A DNA stretch of 64,000 nucleotides, from the sequence record MK524178.1, one strand, 5' to 3'. This DNA is from Escherichia phage PHB12. Each line of letters begins with the position of its first letter. The stretch's first letter is position 1. The position numbers were made by a program, and so were the translations under genes. Shown here piece after piece: positions 31,011 to 41,278 of the stretch. The notes under the pieces were generated by a model, which ran no database searches, had not been told where the DNA came from, and worked only from the letters and a program-made list of their open reading frames with translations.

Positions 31011-31420
31011 TACTTTTTCTTATGTTGGATATTCCAAGGCGGGTTGAACTTTTTGATAAAAAGCGGTTCTTCAAGGTCCATTGTTGCGATAGTCATTGAA
31101 CCAAGTTCGTTGGTGACTGAAAGGTCAAAACATTGGCGGGCCCAGAATTCAACCTTTTTGCCTTGCATTAAGGCATCCAAAATCATAAGTGATTTTCTTG
31201 AATCTGAAGTCTGGTCTTTTCGATTTATGGCTGTTCGATAATAGTTAATGCGTTTCTTTAAATTCTTGGTTTTACCAATATACACAAGCTCGTCATCTAT
31301 AGCAATAGCGTATATGACATTTTTCTTATTAGGGACATCAACTGTTTTAATTGTTGCATCTTCTAATAGCTCCAATTCTGTATATTTAATAAAGGAATAT
31401 TCGGCGGCAATATCTTTCAT
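31010..31420 (-). CDS. denA: endonuclease II (GIY-YIG family)
   Basis: 136 aa; near-identical to T4 DenA (VIYAIAI..ELVYIGKTKNL.KRINYYR ... NPPWNIQHKKK). Confidence 0.93.
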   Translation of the reverse strand: MKDIAAEYSFIKYTELELLEDATIKTVDVPNKKNVIYAIAIDDELVYIGKTKNLKKRINYYRTAINRKDQTSDSRKSLMILDALMQGKKVEFWARQCFDLSVTNELGSMTIATMDLEEPLFIKKFNPPWNIQHKKK

Positions 31421-31442
31421 AATAAAGTGGGACCGAAGTCCC
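31421..31442 (-). terminator. hairpin after nrdB (terminator or attenuator)
   Basis: GGGAC-TTCG-GTCCC followed by TTTATT, immediately before the denA ATG. Confidence 0.55.
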
Positions 31443-31446
31443 GTCC

Positions 31447-32622
31447 TTAGAAATATTTTTTGTATGAATTGATTACATTTTGGTCTACATCATTATCAAT
31501 TTGTGCGACAAGATAAGAACTGATTTCAACTTCCTGAGGAGCTGCTTGAACTAAATCAGAGTTCAGATATTCACGAATCCAAGGATACGGATGCTTGGTC
31601 GGAGCATCAGTGATTGGGCATGGCAAACCACACTGTTTCATACGAGACACAGTCAAGTAATCAACAAAAGCACACATACTCTGCGTATTGATACCTGGAC
31701 ATGTACCATCTTTAAAGAGGTGTGCAGCCCATTCCTTCTCTTGACTATTTACTTCCATAAAAATGTCAACTGCTTCTTGTTCACATTCTTTAGCAATTTG
31801 AACCCACTCATCACCATCAGTACCAGATTGAAGTTGACGGATAATGTACTGAGTACCCTTGAGGTGGAGTTGTTCGTCACGAGCAATGAACTTCATAATC
31901 TTTGCATTACCTTCCATAATTTCCATATTTTTATGGAAGTTGAAAGTACATGCAAATGATACGTAAAAACGAATAGCTTCTAAGGCGTTGATAACATGTA
32001 AACAGAGATAAAGAGACTTCATTAAATCACGCTTGGTGTTAAACATTATTTCTTCGTACATCTCAATATCATTCTGCTGGCATGAGCCTATTGAACACTC
32101 ATAATCTTCCTTAGCATTTTCCCAATGACGAGTCTTGACTAGAACATCATCGTAATATTTACCTATTGATTCAGCTCGTTTCATGATTGCTTCGTCTAAT
32201 ACAATCTCATCAAATACTTTGGATGGATCGGTATAAAGATTTCGCATAATATGAGTATACGAACGAGAGTGAATAGTTTCACTGAATGTCCATGTTGCAA
32301 CCCATGTATCTAATGAAGGGTCAGAAATCAGTGCCATAAGTACAGCAGATGGGGCCCTGCCTTGGATAGAATCCAATAATGATTGATACTTAAGATTGTT
32401 TGTAAAGATGTCCTGTTGGAACTGAGGAAGCTTATTGAACTGCGCAGAGTCCAACATCAAGTTTACCTCTTCAGGGCGCCAGAAAAATGACAAGGATTTT
32501 TCTATAAGTTCTTCAAAAACTTTATGACGCTGAATATCGTAACGTGCGAGACCAAGACCAGAACCAAAGAACATCGGTTCATTCAAAACATCGACTTGTT
32601 GTGTGTTAAAAACTGTACTCAT
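31447..32622 (-). CDS. nrdB: ribonucleotide reductase beta subunit (intron-less)
   Basis: 391 aa continuous ORF; di-iron RNR small-subunit motifs. Confidence 0.96.
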   Translation of the reverse strand: MSTVFNTQQVDVLNEPMFFGSGLGLARYDIQRHKVFEELIEKSLSFFWRPEEVNLMLDSAQFNKLPQFQQDIFTNNLKYQSLLDSIQGRAPSAVLMALISDPSLDTWVATWTFSETIHSRSYTHIMRNLYTDPSKVFDEIVLDEAIMKRAESIGKYYDDVLVKTRHWENAKEDYECSIGSCQQNDIEMYEEIMFNTKRDLMKSLYLCLHVINALEAIRFYVSFACTFNFHKNMEIMEGNAKIMKFIARDEQLHLKGTQYIIRQLQSGTDGDEWVQIAKECEQEAVDIFMEVNSQEKEWAAHLFKDGTCPGINTQSMCAFVDYLTVSRMKQCGLPCPITDAPTKHPYPWIREYLNSDLVQAAPQEVEISSYLVAQIDNDVDQNVINSYKKYF

Positions 32623-32675
32623 TATATTTTCTCACTTAGTTTAACTCATCCATGAGTAAATTATAATCAAAAGTC

Positions 32676-34931
32676 TTAAAGCTTACAAGCAGAACAATCT
32701 TCAGCTTTAGGTGTTTCTAATTCGTAGTCATCTGTACCTGACCCGTCGCGAGTGTTATGATAGTAGAGATTTTTTCCGCCAAAGTACCAGAAGTAAAGCA
32801 GATCGTCAAGCATTACTGACATTGGCACTTTACCTTTCTCAAATACTGCAGGGTCATAGTAAGTATTAGCAGAAGCAGATTGGCATACCCATTTCAACAT
32901 GATAGCAACTTGGGTCAAATAAGGTTTATTACCTTTCTTAGCAAGTTTCCACGCGTAGTCGTAAAGACCCATGTTATGTTCTATATTAGGAACAACCTGA
33001 CGGAAGTTGCCTTCTTTAGATTCTTTAATACTTACTGGGCCGCGTGGGGGCTCAATCCCGTTTGTAGAGTTTGATACTTGACTGCTTGACTCACAAGGCA
33101 TGAGTGCAGACAACGTTGAGTTACGAATTCCGTGTTCTTTGAGTTCAGCTCGAAGTTCTTCCCAGTCACAGACGTAGTTCGGGGCTGCAATTTGGTCAAT
33201 CTTTTTATTGTACCAGTCGATAGGTAATTCGCCTCTAGACCATTTAGTGTCTGAATAATACTCGCAACATCCTTTTTCTTTGGCGAGTTTGATTGAAGCT
33301 TTGATAAGGCCATATTGCAATCTCTCAAACAATTCATGAGTCAAATCGTTAGCGTCTTCATATGAAGCAAAGTTAGAAGCTAACCATGCAGCATAGTTCG
33401 TCACACCGACACCGAGATTTCGTCGCTTTTTAGCTTTTAAAGCTTCTGGAACCGGATAATCTTGATAGTCTAACAGGTTATCAAGTGCACGTACTTGTAC
33501 TTCAGCAAGTTCATTAATTTTATCTTGGTCTTGCCAATCAAATTTATCTAATACAAAAGCAGATAACGTGCATAAACCAATTTCAGCATCAGGACCATTC
33601 ACATCATTAGTTGGAATAGCGATTTCACAACATAAGTTACTCTGACGAATTGGAGCTTTTTCACGAATAAACGGAGTGTAGTTATTCGTGTTATCAACAA
33701 ACTGTGGATAAATTCGAGCAGTACCAGAACGTTCAGTCATGAACAATTCAAAGAGTTCTAGTGCTTTGATTCTTTTCTTTCTGATTGTTGGGTCTTTTTC
33801 AGCTTTCTCATAAAGCTCACGGAATTTATCTTGATCTTCAAAGAATGAGTAATATAGTTCGCCTGACATTTCGTGAGGGCTAAATAAAGTAATATAATCA
33901 TTTTTACCAAGGCGTTCCATCATAAGGTCATTAATCTGAATTCCGTAGTCCATATGTCGAATACGGTTTTCATCCACACCTTTGTTATTTTTCAGAACTA
34001 ATAGGTTCTCTACTTCTAAGTGCCACATCGGATAATACGCTGTAGCAGCACCACCACGAATACCGCCTTGAGAACAAGATTTTACTGCGGTTTGGAAATG
34101 TTTCCAGAATGGAATAACACCTGTATGTCGAACTTCACCCGTACCGATCTTAGAACCTTCTGCACGAAGCATACCAACGTTGATACCGATACCAGCTCGT
34201 TTAGAAATATATTCAATAATTGATGCTGAAGTTTTGTTAATAGATTTTAACGAATCACCGGCTTCAATAACTACACAACTAGAGAACTGGCGAGTTGGAG
34301 TACGAGCACCTGCCATAATTGGGGTTGGCAATGAAACTTGATGAGTAGAAACGGCATCATAAAAACGAATAATATGTTTCAAACGGTCATGAGTTTCGTC
34401 TTGGTGTAAGGCCATGCCAATAGCCATGATAGCAAACTGTGGAGTTTCATAAATCTTCCCAGTTGTTTTATCTTTAACTAGATATTTTTCTTTAAGCTGC
34501 ATAGCACCAGCATAAGTCAGGTCAAAGTCTCGTTCATGTTTAATCTGTGAATCTAGATAAATGATTTCTTCTGCCGAATATTGAGACAACAGCTCAGGGT
34601 CGTATTTGCCTTCATTAACACAGTAAGAAATATGGTCGATAAAAGCAGGCGGTTCAAACTGCCCATATACATCTTTACGAAGTGCAAACATTAGCCCTTT
34701 GGCAGCGACATACTGATAATCAGGTTCTTCGACAGAAATCAAGTTAGCTGCAACTTTAATACAAATCTTCTGAATATCTTTGGTGCTCATCCCGTCAACA
34801 AGATGGGTCTTAATTTCTTCGTACAATTCATATGGGTCAATTTGTGTTCCTTCACACTGCCAAGTTAAGACTTGAATAATTTTCTGTGCATCAAAATTTT
34901 GGGATACCCCACTGCTCTTAGTTACTTGCAT
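32676..34931 (-). CDS. nrdA: ribonucleotide reductase alpha subunit
   Basis: 751 aa; class Ia RNR large subunit; C-terminal CxxC tail. Confidence 0.96.
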   Translation of the reverse strand: MQVTKSSGVSQNFDAQKIIQVLTWQCEGTQIDPYELYEEIKTHLVDGMSTKDIQKICIKVAANLISVEEPDYQYVAAKGLMFALRKDVYGQFEPPAFIDHISYCVNEGKYDPELLSQYSAEEIIYLDSQIKHERDFDLTYAGAMQLKEKYLVKDKTTGKIYETPQFAIMAIGMALHQDETHDRLKHIIRFYDAVSTHQVSLPTPIMAGARTPTRQFSSCVVIEAGDSLKSINKTSASIIEYISKRAGIGINVGMLRAEGSKIGTGEVRHTGVIPFWKHFQTAVKSCSQGGIRGGAATAYYPMWHLEVENLLVLKNNKGVDENRIRHMDYGIQINDLMMERLGKNDYITLFSPHEMSGELYYSFFEDQDKFRELYEKAEKDPTIRKKRIKALELFELFMTERSGTARIYPQFVDNTNNYTPFIREKAPIRQSNLCCEIAIPTNDVNGPDAEIGLCTLSAFVLDKFDWQDQDKINELAEVQVRALDNLLDYQDYPVPEALKAKKRRNLGVGVTNYAAWLASNFASYEDANDLTHELFERLQYGLIKASIKLAKEKGCCEYYSDTKWSRGELPIDWYNKKIDQIAAPNYVCDWEELRAELKEHGIRNSTLSALMPCESSSQVSNSTNGIEPPRGPVSIKESKEGNFRQVVPNIEHNMGLYDYAWKLAKKGNKPYLTQVAIMLKWVCQSASANTYYDPAVFEKGKVPMSVMLDDLLYFWYFGGKNLYYHNTRDGSGTDDYELETPKAEDCSACKL

Positions 34932-35227
34932 ATGTCCTCTATATTAAATTCATCTTTAAAAAGTTTATTAACCACTAGAGCTATTATATCACCATGACAG
35001 GCTTTTGGTTTACATGTGCATCCTAATCGCATCCCACGTAAAGGTTCAAGATGAGCTTTTGTGATTTCTCCACTTCTAATTCTTTTAATAAAATCCTTTT
35101 TGAAAAGCTCAATAGCTTCTTCTCGAGAAGAGGCATCCTTGCCTACATAATTTCCCCAGAATGTGCCACGATGAATATTAACATCAAAATCTGATTTGTA
35201 TTTATTCACTACGCGGCATATTTTCAT
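34922..35227 (-). CDS. hypothetical protein (101 aa), nrdA.1 position
   Basis: ORF overlapping the nrdA start. Confidence 0.65.
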   Translation of the reverse strand: MKICRVVNKYKSDFDVNIHRGTFWGNYVGKDASSREEAIELFKKDFIKRIRSGEITKAHLEPLRGMRLGCTCKPKACHGDIIALVVNKLFKDEFNIEDICK

Positions 35228-35445
35228 GTTACGTCAACCTCAAACCAACAGTCATAAACATTATCCAAAAGATTATGCTTATTATATTCATACACCTTTG
35301 TAACAGAGAGAACTCTCTCTTCAAAGCCGTCAACATTAATTGTCTCAGTTTTAATAGGGAGCTCAAGAGGATTAGCATTATAAAGTTCAGCTAACACCTT
35401 TTTACTACCATGTCCTTTACGAACAATACGAATATTGATACCCAT
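35224..35445 (-). CDS. hypothetical protein (73 aa)
   Basis: ORF, 4-nt overlaps with neighbours. Confidence 0.5.
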   Translation of the reverse strand: MGINIRIVRKGHGSKKVLAELYNANPLELPIKTETINVDGFEERVLSVTKVYEYNKHNLLDNVYDCWFEVDVT

Positions 35446-35693
35446 TAGTTACGTTCCAATTCTTCGTATTCTTTAGGTGTCAAGACTGTGATATCGAAAT
35501 AAACCAACGGTTCTTTTTCTATACCGTAACCACCACAAAATTCACGATATTCATAAATTCGTTCATGTGAATAGCAAATGAATCGTTCACCTTTAACTGT
35601 GATTTCACTATTCGGTGAAGGGATATCCAGTTCGGTAGGATTTTTCATTTCAAAAATTGTGGTGCCATATGAATTAATAAAACGTAAAATCAT
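35445..35693 (-). CDS. hypothetical protein (82 aa)
   Basis: ORF immediately downstream of td. Confidence 0.5.
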   Translation of the reverse strand: MILRFINSYGTTIFEMKNPTELDIPSPNSEITVKGERFICYSHERIYEYREFCGGYGIEKEPLVYFDITVLTPKEYEELERN

Positions 35694-36554
35694 TTATACC
35701 GCCATTTTAGCTTTGATAGTTGGATGAGATTCGTAATTTTTAAGAACGAAATCAGAATGTGTCATCGTTCCAGTAACCCAGTCCATTTGGATTTTTGTAG
35801 GCCAATTCTCAAAATTACTAGGCCAATTAATTTCAAGAGAACATAACTCTTTAGGTTCACGACGAAGAACTTCTTTGCATTGCTCTACATGATTGCTGTA
35901 GATATGCGTATTGCCGCCTGAGAACACTAAATCACCTGGGATAAGGTTACACATCTTCGCTACAATATGCGTCAAGGCAGCGTACGAGGCGATGTTGAAC
36001 GGCAGGCCCAAGAAAACATCTACACTGCGTTGATACCATTGTAAATCAAGATGTCCATTACGCACATTAAATTGATAGAACATATGACAAGGAGGAAGAG
36101 CCATTTGGTCAATTTCGGCAGGGTTCCATGCAGAAACTATTTGTCGACGATCATTAGGAAGAGCTTTAATACGGTCGATAGTTTTGACCAATTGGTCTAC
36201 ACCACCAAAATCACGCCATTGCTTACCATAAATAGGACCAAGTTCGCCGCTATGATATCCAAGGTCTTTTGCCTGATTTTCGTAGTTATCGTCCCAAATA
36301 GTTTTACCTTGAATAAGACTACCATGAGTACGAATACGCAAATCATTAACATTGGTAGAACCAGACATGAACCATAATAGCTCTGCAATACAAGCTTTCC
36401 ATGCTAATTTCTTAGTTGTTACTGCAGGAAATCCTTTAGTAAGGTCCCATCGCAATTTAGTTCCGAATAGAGCAATAGTGCCGGTACCTGTACGGTCGTC
36501 TGTTTCGTAGCCATTTTCTAAGATATCTTTAATCAAATCTTGATATTGTTTCAT
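35694..36554 (-). CDS. td: thymidylate synthase (intron-less)
   Basis: 286 aa continuous ORF; active-site region ALPPCHMFYQF. Confidence 0.96.
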   Translation of the reverse strand: MKQYQDLIKDILENGYETDDRTGTGTIALFGTKLRWDLTKGFPAVTTKKLAWKACIAELLWFMSGSTNVNDLRIRTHGSLIQGKTIWDDNYENQAKDLGYHSGELGPIYGKQWRDFGGVDQLVKTIDRIKALPNDRRQIVSAWNPAEIDQMALPPCHMFYQFNVRNGHLDLQWYQRSVDVFLGLPFNIASYAALTHIVAKMCNLIPGDLVFSGGNTHIYSNHVEQCKEVLRREPKELCSLEINWPSNFENWPTKIQMDWVTGTMTHSDFVLKNYESHPTIKAKMAV

Positions 36555-36569
36555 TTAACACCTATATAA

Positions 36570-36917
36570 TCAATACGGTTTAGCATCAAATTTTCTTTCG
36601 ATTTCAGGCGTGAAATATAGTTCTTTACCACGCTTAGAAAAGCGACCGATAATATGATAATTATTTTCGTCGAATGTGATATTACCGAGGTCCATAGCTT
36701 TTAACCAATCATCAATACTTCTGTGCAGTTTTATATCAAAATTCCAGTATTGAGAACTATTACCACGGATACTACAAGCAGATTCGGTAAAACAACTACT
36801 ATAAATCTTGTCTTTAGGAACTACTAATTGATAGACGCCTTTAATAAACTGAGGACCTTGCCACTTTGGCTGTTTCGCATCTTCTTCTAATAGAATAGGG
36901 TAATAATTAAAATTCAT
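36570..36917 (-). CDS. hypothetical protein (115 aa) inserted between frd and td
   Basis: ORF filling the frd-td junction; ATG start 20 nt after the frd stop (the track start at 36929 is GTG); no recognisable motif. Confidence 0.55.
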   Translation of the reverse strand: MNFNYYPILLEEDAKQPKWQGPQFIKGVYQLVVPKDKIYSSCFTESACSIRGNSSQYWNFDIKLHRSIDDWLKAMDLGNITFDENNYHIIGRFSKRGKELYFTPEIERKFDAKPY

Positions 36918-36937
36918 ATTTTCCGCCACGTGTTATT

Positions 36938-37767
<830 letters not shown>

Positions 37768-37775
37768 ATTATCTC

Positions 37776-38111
37776 CTAATATAAAGGATCGGGAACATAT
37801 CCACTAGCTTTAATCATTTTAATTAACGTTAACATTCCTTTATTAACTGCTCGTGAGATTTCATCAAAAACTTCATCACTAAAAAGTTCTAACACACCCT
37901 TCTGAACTTTTAATTTACAACCAACAATTTCGTCATCGCCTATAGTAAATTCGTTTCCGCCAATTCCACCGAAAAACTTAATCACGCCAGTTAACTGTCT
38001 TCCACGAGAATATGGGTCGTGTGATAAAGTAATATGAGTCACCCCAGGTACAGTTTTAAATTGGCAGCGAATGTTTACTTGGGAAATTCCAGTTACATGA
38101 ATGACAGACAT
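37776..38111 (-). CDS. hypothetical protein (111 aa), frd.2 position
   Basis: ORF. Confidence 0.55.
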   Translation of the reverse strand: MSVIHVTGISQVNIRCQFKTVPGVTHITLSHDPYSRGRQLTGVIKFFGGIGGNEFTIGDDEIVGCKLKVQKGVLELFSDEVFDEISRAVNKGMLTLIKMIKASGYVPDPLY

Positions 38112-38121
38112 AATATTTTCC

Positions 38122-38379
38122 TCAAACAGACTTTTTCACAATTTTCCAATCAGCTTTAAACTGTTCAACATCAGAATGGTAAATCCAGAATCCTGCGCTT
38201 TCTCCATCCTCATAAAGAGGGCATCTATCACATTCATCTTCCCATCCCATATCACGTAAAGCTTCTTCAGCTTGTTCAAGGAGTTCAGCGTCTTTACCAA
38301 CGATGTTGAAGTACCATTTACCTCTAACTTCAGAATCTTTGATGCTCTGGCGTTGCAATCTCATTTTATTCTCCTTCAC
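38122..38379 (-). CDS. hypothetical protein (85 aa), frd.3 position
   Basis: ORF with an early promoter in a stem-loop upstream. Confidence 0.55.
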   Translation of the reverse strand: MKENKMRLQRQSIKDSEVRGKWYFNIVGKDAELLEQAEEALRDMGWEDECDRCPLYEDGESAGFWIYHSDVEQFKADWKIVKKSV

Positions 38380-38425
38380 TTTTATTTGATAGGGCTACTA
38401 TAACATAGCCCTATCTTGTTATAAA

Positions 38426-38818
38426 CTACTTTTTAAAAGTTTTTTGCAAAAGTTTGATGATTTCGTCGACGTTGGTTTCATCTACGATACAATGTATTTT
38501 TGTTACACCTAAAGCTATACCTTTGTTAGTAGGTTGAGACTTTACTAAATCTACCTCAGTAAAGTATTTGAACTCATCATAATAAATCTCAAAGTAAGTT
38601 TCAATTTCACCAGCGGCAGAACATACAGTACCGTCTTCCATAGTTACACTTACTACGTTTGGCGTATCGCTATCATAATCAGGTTCCATTCCGTTTACAA
38701 CAAAACTAGGCCCGTGGAGTTCAATCAATTTTAACATCTTAGCGTTATTGTGTGGTGCTTCTTGAACAAAGTCGTCTTTAAACAAAGGGTTAATGATATA
38801 AGATTTTCCGATTTCCAT
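38426..38818 (-). CDS. hypothetical protein (130 aa)
   Basis: ORF with early promoter (GTTTAC-17-TATTAT) and SD GAGGA. Confidence 0.55.
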   Translation of the reverse strand: MEIGKSYIINPLFKDDFVQEAPHNNAKMLKLIELHGPSFVVNGMEPDYDSDTPNVVSVTMEDGTVCSAAGEIETYFEIYYDEFKYFTEVDLVKSQPTNKGIALGVTKIHCIVDETNVDEIIKLLQKTFKK

Positions 38819-38902
38819 TTTGATTTCCTCATGTTGTTGATAGAACTATAATATCACATCTAGAGAAGAAGTAAACAACTTTTTTGGCAATTTACAGATA
38901 CT

Positions 38903-38925
38903 CAAAAGGGAGACCGAAGTCTCCC
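38903..38925 (-). terminator. hairpin terminator after gene 32
   Basis: GGGAGAC-TTCG-GTCTCCC followed by TTTTG. Confidence 0.8.
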
Positions 38926-38931
38926 AATTTA

Positions 38932-39831
38932 TTATAGACCAGCTAACAGGTCATCGAGGTCGCCATCGTCAGAAGACGAGGAACTCATGAAGTCATCTTC
39001 AGTTTTTGCAGAACTAAAGGCTTCCATGTCTTTATCAAAATCGTCAAGGTCAGAAGCAACTTTATCTGCAACAGAAGCTGCTGCGGCTGCTGCACCACCA
39101 AGAGCGGCAGTACCAAGAACTTGATTAAATTTAGTATTCAATTCTTCAAACGATTTGAACTTATCTTTAGAAGTCATTTCAGAAAGGTCAACCATTTGTT
39201 CGAACAATTCTTTCTGGAAAGATTCATCATCAATGTTTGGAATCGCAGATTGATTCAGGAATTTAGATTCGTCGTAGTTACTAAAACCAGAAACCTGTTT
39301 AACTTTCAGCACAAAGTTAGCACCTTCCCATGGGCAAGTTACATCAACGGGAGTTTCACCCATTTCAGTATCGACTGCAATCATTGCATTGATTTTGTCC
39401 CAAATCTTTTTACCAAAACGGTATTTGAATACTTTACCTTCATTATCTGGAGCTTGTGGGTCTTTAACAACCAGGATATTAGCCCAATAAGAAGTTTTAC
39501 GTTTCAGTTGAGAATATTCTGTTTTGTTTGTATTGTACAGATCATTTTTACTAATGTACTGACATACCGGACAAGAGTCATAATCGCCGTGTGTAGATGA
39601 ACAGGTTTCAATATACCATTTACCGTTTTTCTTGAACCCGTGGTTAACAAGAATTGCAAACGGAAGTGCGTCATCTGTTTTTGCCGGCAGGAAACGAATT
39701 ACCGCTTGACCATTACCGGATGCATCGAGTTTCAGCTTCCATTCACCTTTATCTTCTGAAGAGAAACCTTTGTTACCATTCAGTTTAGCCATCTGAGCTG
39801 CGAGGTCTGCGGTACTTTTACGTTTAAACAT
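38932..39831 (-). CDS. 32: single-stranded DNA-binding protein gp32
   Basis: 299 aa; zinc-binding region ([14 protein letters not shown]), acidic C-terminus; matches T4 gp32. Confidence 0.96.
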   Translation of the reverse strand: MFKRKSTADLAAQMAKLNGNKGFSSEDKGEWKLKLDASGNGQAVIRFLPAKTDDALPFAILVNHGFKKNGKWYIETCSSTHGDYDSCPVCQYISKNDLYNTNKTEYSQLKRKTSYWANILVVKDPQAPDNEGKVFKYRFGKKIWDKINAMIAVDTEMGETPVDVTCPWEGANFVLKVKQVSGFSNYDESKFLNQSAIPNIDDESFQKELFEQMVDLSEMTSKDKFKSFEELNTKFNQVLGTAALGGAAAAAASVADKVASDLDDFDKDMEAFSSAKTEDDFMSSSSSDDGDLDDLLAGL

Positions 39832-39859
39832 TTTATTTGCCTTTATTTAGATTATTAAT

Positions 39860-39905
39860 TAAATTTTACAGTTGGTTGCTACGACACTTATACCTCGTAG
39901 CTGGT
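39860..39905 (-). promoter_or_regulatory. gene 32 translational operator (leader hairpin/pseudoknot plus AU-rich tract)
   Basis: mRNA-sense GCTACGA-10 nt-TCGTAGC hairpin followed by an unstructured AU-rich leader before the ATG. Confidence 0.6.
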
Positions 39906-39911
39906 ATGTTT

Positions 39912-39919
39912 TATTTATA
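39912..39919 (-). promoter_or_regulatory. late promoter (TATAAATA, minus strand) for gene 32
   Basis: Exact match upstream of the leader hairpin. Confidence 0.6.
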
Positions 39920-39948
39920 AAGTAATTTTAACACACAAGAAATAAAGC

Positions 39949-40602
39949 TTAATACTTACATGATTTGATTGTTTCTATGAACAATTTCTTAGCAGCATTT
40001 CCATCGATTTGAAGTATTTTTCGATATGCCTTTAATTTGGTAGAATAATTTTGCCAGACTAAGTTATCGGTGAGTTCGTCGTGCTTATCTATAATATTCA
40101 AAAATGAGTCCAACAATAAGAAAGTCTCAAATGAAATTATATTGCTTTGTAGCAATTTGAATATGTAGCTCGACTGAACGTTGTTATTATAATCAAATAT
40201 CTCTTGAAGCGCACTAACTTCAACTTTCTTACTGAAATAGTAGATGTTACGTACGTCTTCAGCAAACGTCTCCTTGGCTTGTTTGAGACGTCCAATATAT
40301 TCCCTATAGAAAACTAATGCATCAGCGTCTGATATCTCACCAATCCATGCGTCTTGGTTAGCAACTAAGTTGCTTATGAATATCAAGGTGAGTTCCTTCA
40401 ATTTATATTTCTCTGCTAGTTTTTCAAAGAAATATTTATCTCGGCGTTTTTGATACGCATTATCCGAAACACGCATGCACCAGTTATATTTGATTACGTC
40501 ATACCGACCACCAAAGTGGTTTTTGCACATCAAGTATAGTTTATATACTGATTTACCGTTAATATAACGTTCTCCGTCAGGAGGCATGCGTATTTTAATC
40601 AT
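39949..40602 (-). CDS. 59: helicase loader gp59
   Basis: 217 aa; near-identical to T4 gp59 over its length. Confidence 0.95.
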   Translation of the reverse strand: MIKIRMPPDGERYINGKSVYKLYLMCKNHFGGRYDVIKYNWCMRVSDNAYQKRRDKYFFEKLAEKYKLKELTLIFISNLVANQDAWIGEISDADALVFYREYIGRLKQAKETFAEDVRNIYYFSKKVEVSALQEIFDYNNNVQSSYIFKLLQSNIISFETFLLLDSFLNIIDKHDELTDNLVWQNYSTKLKAYRKILQIDGNAAKKLFIETIKSCKY

Positions 40603-41278
40603 AGTTCCATCCAGGCCATTTTGAAGATTTAAGTCTATACGTAACTAGAGATGCAGAAATATTAAAAACATCCGAAACTTCTGTGCATGATGAGTATTTT
40701 ATACCATCAATAATTATAGGTTTTTGTTTTTTAATAGTTCTTTCTTTAGAATGCGGCTTTGAATTTGCTATTCTAAGAGCTTCTTTGGTTGAATCAGGCA
40801 TCGGCTTATTCGTTTTTCGCCCTTTTCGGACTTTACTCAAAGCTAATTTATGAGCTTCAGATAGTTTCTTACCCTTATTAGGGGATGGTATTTTTCTTTC
40901 TAATCTGGTTTTAGATACTTTAGCCTTAGTCTCTTCAGATCTAGGTTTACCTAATTTAGAAAGTGAAATAGCCCTTTTAGCTTCATCACTTTGTTTTTTA
41001 CCAGGGCCACCTTTACCACCGGGAACTAAGTTATAAGTATCAGTTCGCAAAACAAAATCTTCATTAACCAATTCTGCTTCTTTTTTATAGGCGTCCTTGT
41101 CATTATCATATTCATAAAGAATTTCGGTATAAAAATTTTTTAGTCCATATTTAGCTTTGGCCGCTAATATAGCGCGGCCTGATCCAATATACCAATCTTT
41201 CTCTTTATGTTTTTTGTGTACGCCTATATAAATTTTACCATTTATTTTATTGGTAGTTTTATACACAACGTATTTCAT
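40595..41278 (-). CDS. GIY-YIG homing endonuclease (Seg/I-TevI-like), free-standing
   Basis: 227 aa; GIY-YIG module (VYKTTNKINGKIYIGV...YIGSG), NUMOD3-like repeats, I-TevI-like C-terminal DNA-binding end (ISASLVTYRLKSSKW). Confidence 0.85.
   Translation of the reverse strand: MKYVVYKTTNKINGKIYIGVHKKHKEKDWYIGSGRAILAAKAKYGLKNFYTEILYEYDNDKDAYKKEAELVNEDFVLRTDTYNLVPGGKGGPGKKQSDEAKRAISLSKLGKPRSEETKAKVSKTRLERKIPSPNKGKKLSEAHKLALSKVRKGRKTNKPMPDSTKEALRIANSKPHSKERTIKKQKPIIIDGIKYSSCTEVSDVFNISASLVTYRLKSSKWPGWNYD

Noticed and set aside
39121-39600. 159-aa plus-strand ORF antisense to gene 32
   Set aside because: Same reasoning; gene 32 is highly conserved and fills this interval
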